A stretch of 54,735 nucleotides of DNA from Reclinomonas americana ATCC 50394 (taxonomy: Eukaryota). Position numbers and translations under genes: made by a program. This document shows, piece by piece, positions 27,330 to 39,281 of the stretch (the first letter of the stretch is position 1; every line of letters begins with the position of its first letter). The stretch is from contig PS015068.1 in the NCBI GenBank assembly GCA_048213135.1, forward strand, positions 15,204 through 69,938, read 5' to 3'. A model generated the notes under the pieces. That model was not told the origin of the DNA. It searched no databases and saw nothing but the letters and a program-made list of their open reading frames with translations.

Positions 27330-29149
27330 ATGAAGCACGGTCGTTTCCGCTGGTCTGACGAGCTGCACGAGCTGTTCCTGGCGGCGCTGGAGGTGCTCAA
27401 GCGCGATGGTCGCGGTGCGTGAGAAGTATGTGTGTGTGTGTCCGAAACCCCGCATATTCGCAATTGCCTTTCCTGGGGGTGCATATGTGGAAAAATGTGC
27501 GCCTTGTGTGTGTCAGACAAGGTCCTCTCTCTTTCTTTTGTATGTGGCTGTGAATTGCCACTGCTGCTGCGGCGTGCATGCAAGGGAGAGCGTGTACTTA
27601 TTGTTTGCTATGTACTAGTGGTGGCGCCGAAACCGATTCGAACCATCATGATGTCGCTCGACACTGCCGGTGTGCTGCGAGGTTTGTGGGGTGCACTGAA
27701 AACTGCCGATTTTTCTTCTGGTCACTCATTCCGTCCACACAGAAAAGGATTTCACGCTGCTCCACGTCAAGTCACACCTGCAAAAGTACCGCAGCCTGCT
27801 CAAGCGACGCGGTGGCATGCCCATGTATCTGCTGCCGCCGAGCTGCGGCGGTCCGCAACGGGCGCCCCGCCCATTGGTTCGCGCTCGTCGCACTCAACTC
27901 GATGGTGACGAGGACGACGATGACGATGAGGAGGACGATGGTGACGACGAGATGATGAGGATGCCGCACGATGTGGGCGAGGAGTCGTTGAGTGACGATT
28001 CTCAGCCGCGCCAGCAACATGGCCACCACACGTGGCGCCTGGCCGGTCCCGCAGCGGCCATGGTCGAGGAGGATGATGATGATGATGAGGAGGAGGAGGA
28101 GAAGGAGCAGGAGGAGTCACTAGCACAGCCGCTGCAGCAGTGTGTACCGGTGAGTTGTTTTTGTGTGTGGTGGCCCGTATTCCCTTGCATGCGCCGCAGC
28201 GGGGTGCATATTCTTGTCTCATTCGGATTCGCTGACCTCCGTTTGTGTGGTGCAGATGCATCTGCTGCCGCCTCCGTCGTTGCTGCAACCGTCGCCAATC
28301 GCCAGTGCGTGGCTCTCCACATGTACATCTCCGGCTACTACTCCTGGTGCTACCCCGGCATCCGACGACACTTCCTCAATACCGGCACTGTCATCTTCCT
28401 CCTCTTCCTCCTCATCAACAGCGGCAGTGACGGCGACCGCCAGGTCACGCCTGTCTCCGTTCCGGTTCACCACTCAGAAGCGAGCCAGTCCCATCAGCAC
28501 ACACTTTTCGCCCTCGTCTTTCAAGGTGGAGGCGGCCGGCGCCGCGGCCGGCCAGGCGTCGCCGGCGAGCATGGTCTCCATGACCGCCACCACCCCCGCG
28601 CCCGCGGCCGAATCATCGGCGCTGTCGCCGGCGGTCAGGTTATGCTCTGCCACTGGCACACCCGCAGGCAAGACTCCGGCTGGCAACAGCACGGTGGAGT
28701 ACCTGGTGCGTCTCGGATATCAGGCCGGAATGCAGGCGGCGTTGCGCGAGCTGTGCGACCCGGCCTTGCACTTGGCCAGCACAGCTGGCACCGGCATGTG
28801 CCACTCGGGCAGCAGCAGCAGCAGCACTGTCGGCAGTGGCAGCAGACTAGCACTGGTGGGCGAGTTGCCACTGGCGTTGCCCGGGTCCGGCATGTCGTCG
28901 GTGTGCCCGTCGTCATCACACGGCAGTATGGATTCACTGCCGGTTCCATCACCCTTCCTGTCGGCACGCACAGCCGGCAGTGCGGTAGAGGATGGCCTCT
29001 GCGAGGTCCCCTCCATGTCCAGTTTTTCGCTGCTTTGCGGCAGCTGCAGCTCCTTTGGCGACGACGGAGTCGCCGGTGGGTGCGAAGGTCCTAATGATTT
29101 GGGTTACGGCATGTTGGACGGTGCCGTGGCTGCAGACATGTTCATGTAA
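27330..29149 (+). CDS. GARP/G2-like (SHAQKYF-class Myb) transcription factor
   Basis: MKHGRFRWSDELHELFLAALEVL...|VAPKPIRTIM...|FTLLHVKSHLQKYR rebuilt across two GT-AG introns, followed by an acidic and Ser-rich tail. Probable 5'UTR intron ends at 27318. Confidence 0.85.
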
Positions 29150-29984
29150 CTCCCTTGAAAATAATGCATGCATGCGCGGATGTTTTGTTTTGAACAACTC
29201 CTTTGATTTCTCGCTGCGCCCGCCTGTTCTTGGAATACCGACCGCACATTGTGCCACTGCGAGACACGAGACTGGTTGCGGACGTGTTGAGTCAAACTGC
29301 TGCAATCCATGCTTGCCATGAAACGTGGTTTCTCTTCAGCATGATCATGAGGCATCATGTCGACTTTTTCTCGAGCTCACTATTTCCGATGTCTCAGTTT
29401 CTGATGCTCATGATCACTCAAGATGGTGATCATCATGCAGCTGTGTTGCTGCTGTTTGGTGTAGTAAATTTGTTGTTGTTCCTGGGAGTACAGCTGCAGG
29501 CGCGATCGATGTGGTTGATAGTGCAATTGCGCACCGCGATCTCGATCGATATCGATAGACGTCGATATTAGCAACGGTGTTTTCTTCGCGTTGTTCTGCA
29601 ACCTGTCGAGCCCCCCTGCTCAACAGGAGGATGAGCCCTTGTAATCGCGAGTTGACGACCTCTGCAGCCAAAAACTGAGCGACGTCGCGCTGTTTCGCCG
29701 AAGTTGACGTTGCTGCTCACCGCTCGCAACTCCATGGCCGTCGTACGTCACTGCTCGTGCGACTACACGTATCCTCACCGCTTGAGCCCGTTCACCGTCG
29801 TTGCCTGACGAAGTTCTCCACCACAAGCTGCAGGACATGCGCACTTCCGTCATATCATTCATCGTTCCCGCCACAAGTGGGCAGAAGAGCGTCACCTCTT
29901 CTTCGCACACACACTCACACACCCACTCACTCTCTTACACTCACACACGCCCACATTCCGTGAGGACAAGGGGAGAAGAGCGCC

Positions 29985-32900
29985 ATGACCGCAATGCGCA
30001 ACACACTCCTTCCCTTCTCTCTGCTACTGCTTCTCCTCGTCTTGTCACTGTTGGTGCATCCGAGTGCCGCACAACTGTCAACTCCGCACGCCAGCGACGA
30101 GCAAGACACACAACTCGGCAACAAGTTCATTGAGCGCGCCCCTGTCAAGTCTGTCGAGGATGCTGTCTTGTTGCGTCTGCGTGTGTGTGTGTGTCTGTGT
30201 CACCTTTTCTCTCTTTCTCTCTCTCGCGGTCTCTTTTTGCTTGTCGCGCTGATCAGCTCTTCAAATTCGTTTCTTTCTTGTGTGTCAAAAAGCTCCGAGC
30301 CGACCTCGACGTGCCCGATGCCATCGCTGCAGCTCATGTGGACCAAGGAGATGGAGAGCTCCATTTACTCGACGCCCGTCATCACCAGTCTGCAGTTCCA
30401 CAAGGAGGTCTCTCTCGCAACGCACATGCACGTACACAATCTTCTTATCTTGCATGCATTCGCTGCCTCTCTCTCTCTCTCTCTGCCCTTGTCGGTGTGC
30501 GTACTGCCTCTCGTTTCTCTCACGTGCTTCTATGTCTTCATGACAGAAGCAATCGTGCATCGCTCGTCACTTCTTTCTCTCTCATTCCGTGTTTCTTATG
30601 CTCTTTTCGTCGTGTGTTCTGTATCTCTTCCCTGTCACGTGCTACTCGGTCTTCACGTCTGAAGCGATCGTGTATCGCTCGTCGCCCCTCTCTTATTCTC
30701 TCTCACTGTTTCATTCCTTGTTTGTCTCTGTCGCTCTCTCTCCGTTCCTCACCGTTGTTCTCTCTGTCTCTCTCTTGCTCTCTCTTTCTCTCATCCCTGT
30801 TCATTCTGCTCTTTTCACCGTGCGCTCTGTCCCTGATCTCGTTTCCGCTTTCCCTGTGCCTCACCCTTGCTCTCTCTCTCTCTCTCTCATTCCATGTTCA
30901 CTCTCCTCATCTCGTCCTGCGTTCTGCATCTCTCCTTCTTTCTCCCTTCCTCCCCCTTCCCTCACCCATCCCTTCTGCCTGACAGCGCGAGATCGTGGCC
31001 TCCACACTGGTCAAGTACATCGAGTTGATGCACGGCGACGATGGCTCCGAGCTGGACGGATGGCCATTCGTGTTCGCCGAGTCCATGTTCCACACGTCGC
31101 CGCTGTTGTACGACATTGATCTCGATGGACGCAAGGAGATTGTGGTGTCGACGTTGCACGGCGAAATTGTGTTCCTGCGCAGCGACGGTCGCCCGCTGAC
31201 CGGCAACACGATTCGTGTGCCGCCGCTCAAGGTGCACCGGTACTGGTACAAGGGATTCGAGAAGAGCACGCCGCCGGTGCCGGAGACGCCTTCACCACCG
31301 GAGGCCGTGGCGACTCCCGTGGATCCCGATGCGGAGATTCCGCCCGCCGACGATGTGAGCGATTTGCTGCTGGATCACGAGGCGCTGTTGGATAGCATTG
31401 ACGCGCTCGACGATGTGGATGTGCGTTGAAACAAGAACATACTCTTTCACTACTTGTTTGCATCTCTCTCACACCATTTCGCGCCTTCCACGTGTCCATG
31501 CGCGCAGGAAGACGAACATCCGGGATTCTGTTGCGTTCCGTTCCCTGCTCACACAAGACTAACGTGCTCTCCCTCACCGTCACACACACACACACACAGT
31601 GGAGGATGAGGAACTGTTTGGAACGCGCCGTCGCTTGCTGCAGGCACCATCCAATCAGGTACCCCCTTCCTCCTCCTCTCTCTCCCTCATTCTCGCTCTG
31701 ATTTCGCACCGCGCGACAGACATCATGGCAGGGCTGGCTCACCAACGAGGGTCAGGACTCGATTCACGAGCTGTTTGGCGAGTCGAGCACGCCCGACGAC
31801 GAGTTCCGCGAGTTCAAGGTCACCGACGACAAGGACATTCTCAGCGCGAAGCGACGAGAGCACGTGGACAAGCACGCCAGCGTGGTGATGGGCAGTTGCG
31901 ACACGTGTGGCTCTCCAACCCCCGCCCCCACATGCATTGATGATGACTCGTCGCAGATCACGTGTTTGTGGACGCGCACATTCTCGCCACGCCGACGATT
32001 GTGGATCTCGACGGTGACGGGCAGTCGGAAATCATTGTGCCTGTGTCGTACTACTTTGACCGGTTCGTATGTGTGTGTGTGTGTGCGCGCGCGCTCTCGA
32101 CGGGATGCACGCACCTGTCTTCTGAACAACAGTGAGCAGCAAGGACTACCTGTCGGCCACCAAGGCACGCATGTTGCCGCCTGATCTCGACACGTCCAAG
32201 TATGTCGCCGGCGGTCTCGTCGTCTTCGACATGCACACTCGCGAGATCAAGTGGCGCGTGCACTTGGATTTGAGTATTGAGGACACAAAGCGTCGCGCGT
32301 ACGTTTACGCATCACCCACGGTCGTCGATCTCAACAACGACGGCAAGCTCGACGTGCTGATTGCCACCTCCATGGGCTTCATCTACGCGTTCGACAATGA
32401 GGGTGCGTATGTTGCCTTCCACGCACCACCCTGTTGAGTTGCAGCGCCCTCTTACACTCTCTCCCTCCCTCTCCCTCTTCCTTCTTCCCTCTTCCGTCTT
32501 TCGTCTTCCCTCTTTCGTCTTCCCTCTCCCTCTCCCTCTCCCTCTTTCTCTCCCTCTCTTTCCCTACGTGCATGTGTGCAGGCAACACGCGCGAGAACTT
32601 CCCAGTGTGGATGGCCGAGATCCAGGGTCAGGTGGTGGTCGACGATGTGAACTCGGATGGTGCCATTGGTGAGTGAGACTGGGTGACTCCCAAAGGAGAG
32701 CAAGCGCTCGCTGAGCTTTTCTCTCTGTACGCACGCAGAGGTGTGTGCGGCCGATGCCAATGCCAACGTGGCGTGTTTTGACGCCAACGGCAAGGAACTG
32801 TGGGAGCGCCGAGTGTCGGGCTTTGTGGCAGTGGTGCGCTTCATCGTCTCCTTGTTTGCACCCTTCCCCCTTTTGGTGCTCACACAATTCGCCTTAGAAC

Positions 32901-34920
32901 CCCACTGTCGGCGATGTCGATGGCGATGGCCAGCTCGACCTGGTTGTCGGCTCGAGTGACGGAACCGTGTGGGCGCTGTTGCGTTGACTGTGGCATTTGC
33001 GGTGTGCGTCGTGTACCCTGCGTCTCACGTGATGTGCAGCAACGGTCGCGATGGCTCCGTTCTCAAAAACTTCCCGATCAAGACCGGCGGCAAGATTCTG
33101 GCGCCCATCACCATGGCCCGCCTGTCGGCAGCAAGTGGTGCCGAGGAGCAGCAGCAGATCACGCCGCAGACTGCCGGCAAGACATCGTCGAGTTGCGTTG
33201 GCACGCCTTACATGAGTCCTGTGTGTGCTCGCACGATCACTGACTGTTGGGGGTGGCGAGCGCAGTGCGTACCACCATTGAGGGACTCGACCTGATCGTA
33301 CCGAGTTTCGATGGCTACGTGTACTTTATCAATGGCGCCAGTGGCTGTGTGAGCCGTGTTGACATTGGCGAGAACTCGTTTCGTTGTCACCCTCGCGTTT
33401 TTTTTTTTGTTCCACCGCTCGCTGTCTAACCGACCGCGTGACTCGCAGGTACTCGATGGTGCTGGTGGACGACCTGAACAGCAACGGATACTTGGACCTG
33501 CTGGTGACCACCATGAATGGCAACCTGTTCTGCTTCGAGACCGAGGTGCCGGCGCATCCGCTCATGAAGTGGTGCGCAATCGCTCTCTATCTAGTTTCAT
33601 GTCATTCGTCGATGTTGACTCTCTTTTGGGGGAAATGCAGGTCGTCGCAAACGCAAGGAGTCAACGGCTTCACATATCGCTACGACCACGCCGGCATCTT
33701 CGTGACGCAGCAGAGTCGGCAGTTCCGCGATGTGCGCACACAGGAGTTCGAGATCGAGTTCNNNNNNNNNNNNNNNNNNNNNNNNNNNNNNNNNNNNNNN
33801 NNNNNNNNNNNNNNNNNNNNNNNNNNNNNNNNNNNNNNNNNNNNNNNNNNNNNNNNNNNNNNNNNNNNNNNNNNNNNNNNNNNNNNNNNNNNNNNNNNNN
33901 NNNNNNNNNNNNNNNNNNNNNNNNNNNNNNNNNNNNNNNNNNNNNNNNNNNNNNNNNNNNNNNNNNNNNNNNNNNNNNNNNNNNNNNNNNNNNNNNNNNN
34001 NNNNNNNNNNNNNNNNNNNNNNNNNNNNNNNNNNNNNNNNNNNNNNNNNNNNNNNNNNNNNNNNNNNNNNNNNNNNNNNNNNNNNNNNNNNNNNNNNNNN
34101 NNNNNNNNNNNNNNNNNNNNNNNNNNNNNNNNNNNNNNNNNNNNNNNNNNNNNNNNNNNNNNNNNNNNNNNNNNNNNNNNNNNNNNNNNNNNNNNNNNNN
34201 NNNNNNNNNNNNNNNNNNNNNNNNNNNNNNNNNNNNNNNNNNNNNNNNNNNNNNNNNNNNNNNNNNNNNNNNNNNNNNNNNNNNNNNNNNNNNNNNNNNN
34301 NNNNNNNNNNNNNNNNNNNNNNNNNNNNNNNNNNNNNNNNNNNNNNNNNNNNNNNNNNNNNNNNNNNNNNNNNNNNNNNNNNNNNNNNNNNNNNNNNNNN
34401 NNNNNNNNNNNNNNNNNNNNNNNNNNNNNNNNNNNNNNNNGAGATTGTCGATACGCGCGTCCTCAAGCTGCGCGACTTGCCCGAGAATCGGCGACCCATC
34501 TACGAAGTGCAGGTGTGTCTGACGCATACATCAAAGTTCTGCTCTCTCTCGCCCGTCCTCACCACCACCACCACCACCACCGCAGATCACCCTCGGCAAG
34601 AGCCACGTGTTGCTGCACAGGTCGTACGATGCGCCGGGCATCTACCGCGAGACACTGCAGTCGCCACCGACACGACGCGTGGCCACCATCCATGTGTCGA
34701 TGCGCAACGAGCATTCACAGTTCTTCTTTGACGAGTTTGCGCTGTCGTGGAACGTGTTTTGCTGGAGACCAATCAAGGTGAGCCACCCGAGTCGATCCAC
34801 GCGTGTGTGCGGTGCATTGTGCTCATGAATCATATTCATGCCGTGCAGTGGCTGGTGGTGCTACCGTTTGCGGCCATGCTTGTCGGCGTCTTGTTCCTCG
34901 GCAAGCTGAAACTCGTGTAG
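29985..34920 (+). CDS. DEX1: DEX1 (defective in exine formation 1)-like FG-GAP/beta-propeller type I membrane protein
   Basis: Signal peptide, [86 protein letters not shown] and a C-terminal TM helix. About 17 exons. Confidence 0.88.
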
Positions 34921-35122
34921 ACAGTTATGTGAAAATGAAAGGGGTAGAAAAATATGCTGGAAGAATGATGAAATGGCATTTTAAATGGGGCGGAGGGAAG
35001 AGGCTCTAAACAGGGTTGCGCAGTGACAACATAAAAGAACAAGATGGTAAATCATGTACAAGAGAACGCAGTAGCGTGCGTGTGACCTTGGCGGCAGCGA
35101 GTGCGGATTATTATGGTCAGCA

Positions 35123-35411
35123 TCAAAATCTGCCGGCGCACAGTACTCGGACCGCCTCGAATGCCATCATACCGGCACCGTTGCCGATGGCACTGCGAAG
35201 CATACCTGTTGACGATTGGGTGAATAACTGTCGACATTGGCGTCTCTCTCTCATCTTCTGCACTTGCTGTTGATCGCTCTCCGCCATTCCTTGGAACACT
35301 GTCGACCCACTACTCCCCAGTTCACTGTCCCTCTCTCTATCGCTTCGCATGCTTGCTCTGATTTTCTGTATTTGCAGCTCCGATTATTTCTTCGAGCACT
35401 GTCGAACCCCT

Positions 35412-35452
<41 letters not shown>

Positions 35453-37910
35453 GGAATTCTGCACTTGCTGTTGATCACTCTCCACCGTTGCTGACTATTA
35501 TCGAACCCCCTTCTCTCGCGTTACTCTCCTCCCTCCCTCCCCCCTCTTTCCTCTCTCCCTCCCTCCCTCTTCTCTTCCNNNNNNNNNNNNNNNNNNNNNN
35601 NNNNNNNNNNNNNNNNNNNNNNNNNNNNNNNNNNNNNNNNNNNNNNNNNNNNNNNNNNNNNNNNNNNNNNNNNNNNNNNNNNNNNNNNNNNNTTCTACGG
35701 TATTGCCGATGCGTGCAAGCCTTTACGTAAGGATATGCCACCGTTGGTGAATGGTCTCTTCCTGGGCAGTGTGGTAGCCACGGGCGTGTGGGCGTTGCGT
35801 GATTTTCCTTGGCAGTGTTGAGTGTCGTCGCACCGACCTCTTCGAAACAACAGTATCATCTTCCCGTTCGACACGCTCAAGTCGCAGGTGCAAATGAGCA
35901 CGGTGAAGACCGACATGTGGACGTGTGCACGGTCCACATTTCGAGAAGACGGTTTCAAGGGTTTCTTCCGTGGTATCACTCCCGGTGCGTTGCTGAAGGG
36001 AAAGGAGANNNNNNNNNNNNNNNNNNNNNNNNNNNNNNNNNNNNNNNNNNNNNNNNNNNNNNNNNNNNNNNNNNNNNNNNNNNNNNNNNNNNNNNNNNNN
36101 NNNNNNNNNNNNNNNNNNNNNNNNNNNNNNNNNNNNNNNNNNNNNNNNNNNNNNNNNNNNNNNNNNNNNNNNNNNNNNNNNNNNNNNNNNNNNNNNNNNN
36201 NNNNNNNNNNNNNNNNNNNNNNNNNNNNNNNNNNNNNNNNNNNNNNNNNNNNNNNNNNNNNNNNNNNNNNNNNNNNNNNNNNNNNNNNNNNNNNNNNNNN
36301 NNNNNNNNNNNNNNNNNNNNNNNNNNNNNNNNNNNNNNNNNNNNNNNNNNNNNNNNNNNNNNNNNNNNNNNNNNNNNNNNNNNNNNNNNNNNNNNNNNNN
36401 NNNNNNNNNNNNNNNNNNNNNNNNNNNNNNNNNNNNNNNNNNNNNNNNNNNNNNNNNNNNNNNNNNNNNNNNNNNNNNNNNNNNNNNNNNNNNNNNNNNN
36501 NNNNNNNNNNNNNNCAGACCGCACAGCACAACATTTCTGTGCGCCAGCCTTTTTTCTTCAGCCAAGCCGACAGCAGGTGCGCGCCCGTTCACCTCACCTT
36601 ATCATGGTCGGCATGAAACCAAGATAGAGCGAGCGCCAGTTCCACGACATTTCCACCTGCTGCCGGACCTTGACAAGCTCCAGCGGAACCTCAAAAAACG
36701 TACGAGCAAACCTGCAACAACCAAAGCGTCAACGATCGCCTGCCTGTCTCGTTCCTCCTCCTCCCTGCTTTAACAAAAACACACGGACCCAGCAAAGGCA
36801 CCGGCCGCCCACACCGACCAGCTGGCACCGAAGAACTTGGGTCCCGCTGGCAGCTGCTTGCACACATCCATTCCCCACGCGTACGATCCGAACTGCACCG
36901 ATCGGAGCAATGCCGTGCCTGCGACACTGATTCAGAGAGACTGTGTGTGTGAGAGAGAGAGAGGGCCACATTATGGCGCACCAAAGAGCGGAGGCAGTGC
37001 GCCACGATACAGTCCACGAATGCCACTCTCGCGCACAATAGCTCGCCCGACACCCCATGTGCCCAGCAGCTTCTGACTCTGTGATGCGATGATGATCACA
37101 GCTCAGCAAAAAGACGAGAAGATGAGAGAGAGAGAGATGTGCACGAAACTCGCGACACAACGCCCAGTCGCTCAGCTTGCATGCGCGTCTTGATGCAATC
37201 GAGTGGATGACTGTGTGCATGTGATCGATCACACTCAGTCTCTCTTTCCCTCGCGCGCTGTATGTGTGTGTGTGTATGTGTTAAAGTCACTCACCTCGTT
37301 ATAATCGCCGACACGCCATTGGCCGCGCCTGAGAGAAAGAGAGAGAGAGAGCAAGTGAGCCATGGCATGTCGCAAAAAAACCAGCGAAAAAGNNNNNNNN
37401 NNNNNNNNNNNNCCTCCTCCTCCAGCAACAGCAGACACTCGCTGACAGAGAGAACGAGTGAGACTTGAGAGCGATGCATGATTGGGCGGTTATGCGCTCA
37501 CCCCACTCGACAATGGTCTGCGTTGTGTCCACACACACGCACATAGTAAGCAACACACACATGTGTGTGTGTGAGAGAGAGAGCGTGTGTGGCGCGTAAC
37601 TGTTGTTGTTGTTGTTGTTGGCGTTTCTCCAGTGCATCGAGCGTGCTCAGCACATCGTCCAAGTCAAAGTCCATTCGCGAGGACGCCATTGTGCACACAC
37701 ACACACACGCACGCACACACGCGCACACAAAGAGCGTTTGTTTTTGTGAGAGCGTAACAAAGACAATGCTCGCTCTTCTTCTCACGCGCACACACCAAAG
37801 TTTTTCGCCGCGTTTTTTCGCGCGCGGCCTTTTTTCTTTCTTTTTTCTTTCTTTTTGTGTCAGCTCTTGGGCGATGAATAACGAGTCGGCGGTGGTCGGC
37901 TTGCTGTGCG
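35123..37910 (-). CDS. Mitochondrial carrier family (SLC25) protein; exon 1 (37874-37910) and the exons in 35693-35984 appear on + because their contigs are inverted
   Basis: Three PX(D/E)XXK signatures: SHPLDCIKTRMQ, VPLELVKVRQQ, FPFDTLKSQVQ. Also GLYRGALPPL and GFFRGITPGMLRS. Splice phases match across the flipped contigs. Confidence 0.85.
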
Positions 37911-39105
37911 GTATGTGTNNNNNNNNNNNNNNNNNNNNAACAAGTAGTCGGCATCGTCGGCCCACCGCACTCGCGGGAAGCACACCACTCGAAAGTCACA
38001 CTGGATGCATCGCAGCCGGTCACATCTCCTGCCAAAGAAATGGTGTGTAAGTGTGAAGCAAGAGCGCAGTGCTGCTGCTGCAAGAAACACGACTGCCGAC
38101 CGTGATGTGTCGCCCAGAAGAGCGTTTCTGCCCTCTGGCACTGCCGGTCCACCAAGAAGCACTCGCTGACATCTGCACAAACACACACGGCTCAGCAAAG
38201 CACCCGCGACGCTGTGCGTGGCGCGTATGCAACTTGACAAGATCCCCGCTGCTACTGCCACTGCCACTGGCAGTGACGACCGGCGCACTCGCCACGCCCC
38301 CAATCGAGCGCGTCAACAACGAAGTACCAACACCGCCGTCCACATTCGACGCCACCGTGGCCGTGGTGCTCGACGACGACGAGGAGGAGGAGCTGAGAGG
38401 CACACAACATCATCATCATCATCATCATCGTGATCGTTGCAAAGCGCGCCAAGAGAGCGCACCTCTTGAGCGCACTCGGCACCGAGACAACTGCCGGCAC
38501 CAGCGGCTGCGGAACTCTCGGCACAAACGAGGGGATTGCACTGCTGCCAAACGACGATGCGGATGCCGAGAGAGGCATCATGCTGCCACGCGGTGGCGCA
38601 GCAGAAGGACCAGTGACAACAGAAGACGATGATCCCTGTTGCTGCGACCTGCCTGTCACCTCACTGACCTCGGCCAAGAGCGATGCCAGATCGACTGATG
38701 CTCCANNNNNNNNNNNNNNNNNNNNNNNNNNNNNNNNNNNNNNNNNNNNNNNNNNNNNNNNNNNNNNNNNNNNNNNNNNNNNNNNNNNNNNNNNNNNNNN
38801 NNNNNNNNNNNNNNNNNNNNNNNNNNNNNNNNNNNNNNNNNNNNNCTTCCGGAACCACATCTTCTCGCCGTCTGTGCTGCGCGAGAAGACCGTGGCTCAA
38901 GCCGGTACACTTTTTTTTCGATCGCTTGGATCGTCTGTTGTCGTGGACAAGGCTCTCCTGACTATATTTTGTGCTCCGCTCCACAGATTCGTGCGCCTAT
39001 GCTTGTCAGTGCTCGTGGGTGTCAGTAACGTCCACGCTGGAGATCGGTCTCGGTCACCAGTCGCAGTTGCAGTGGAGATGTGCCGGGCACGATCCAACAA
39101 GATGA
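37413..39105 (+). CDS. CFAP418: CFAP418/C8orf37 ciliary protein; 5' exons appear on - (ATG at 37689; contigs 37413-37918 and 37939-38705), 3' exons on + (38846-39105)
   Basis: N-terminal DLDDVL motif. C-terminal KCQRVLLGG...CDRLRCIQCDFRVVCF..VRWADDADYLFFRN...AYACQCSW...LQWRCAGH matches the C8orf37 domain. Codon TT|C is split exactly across the gap. Confidence 0.88.
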
Positions 39106-39281
39106 CCCGGCCTTCGCGTCTCATCCATGAGTAAAGGAGACACGAATGCGAGACGCTCGATCAAAAGAAGCAGAGCGTGCATGGGTGCATAGAGATGAAC
39201 AACAACAACTTCGCGGTCGCGATATCAATTGCCTTGTCCTGCATGCTCGTTTTGTGTTTGCGTTGTTGCGGAGCGCTCATA

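Noticed and set aside
30521-30700. Imperfect ~55-bp duplication in the long CT-rich DEX1 intron (similar short duplications at 35257 and 35457)
   Set aside because: These look like local slippage duplications. No terminal repeats, target-site duplications or snoRNA boxes were recognised.
33762-34440. Missing DEX1 exons or an insertion in the ~680-N gap
   Set aside because: The protein reads straight through (FEIEF/EIVDTR), so the gap is probably empty or purely intronic.
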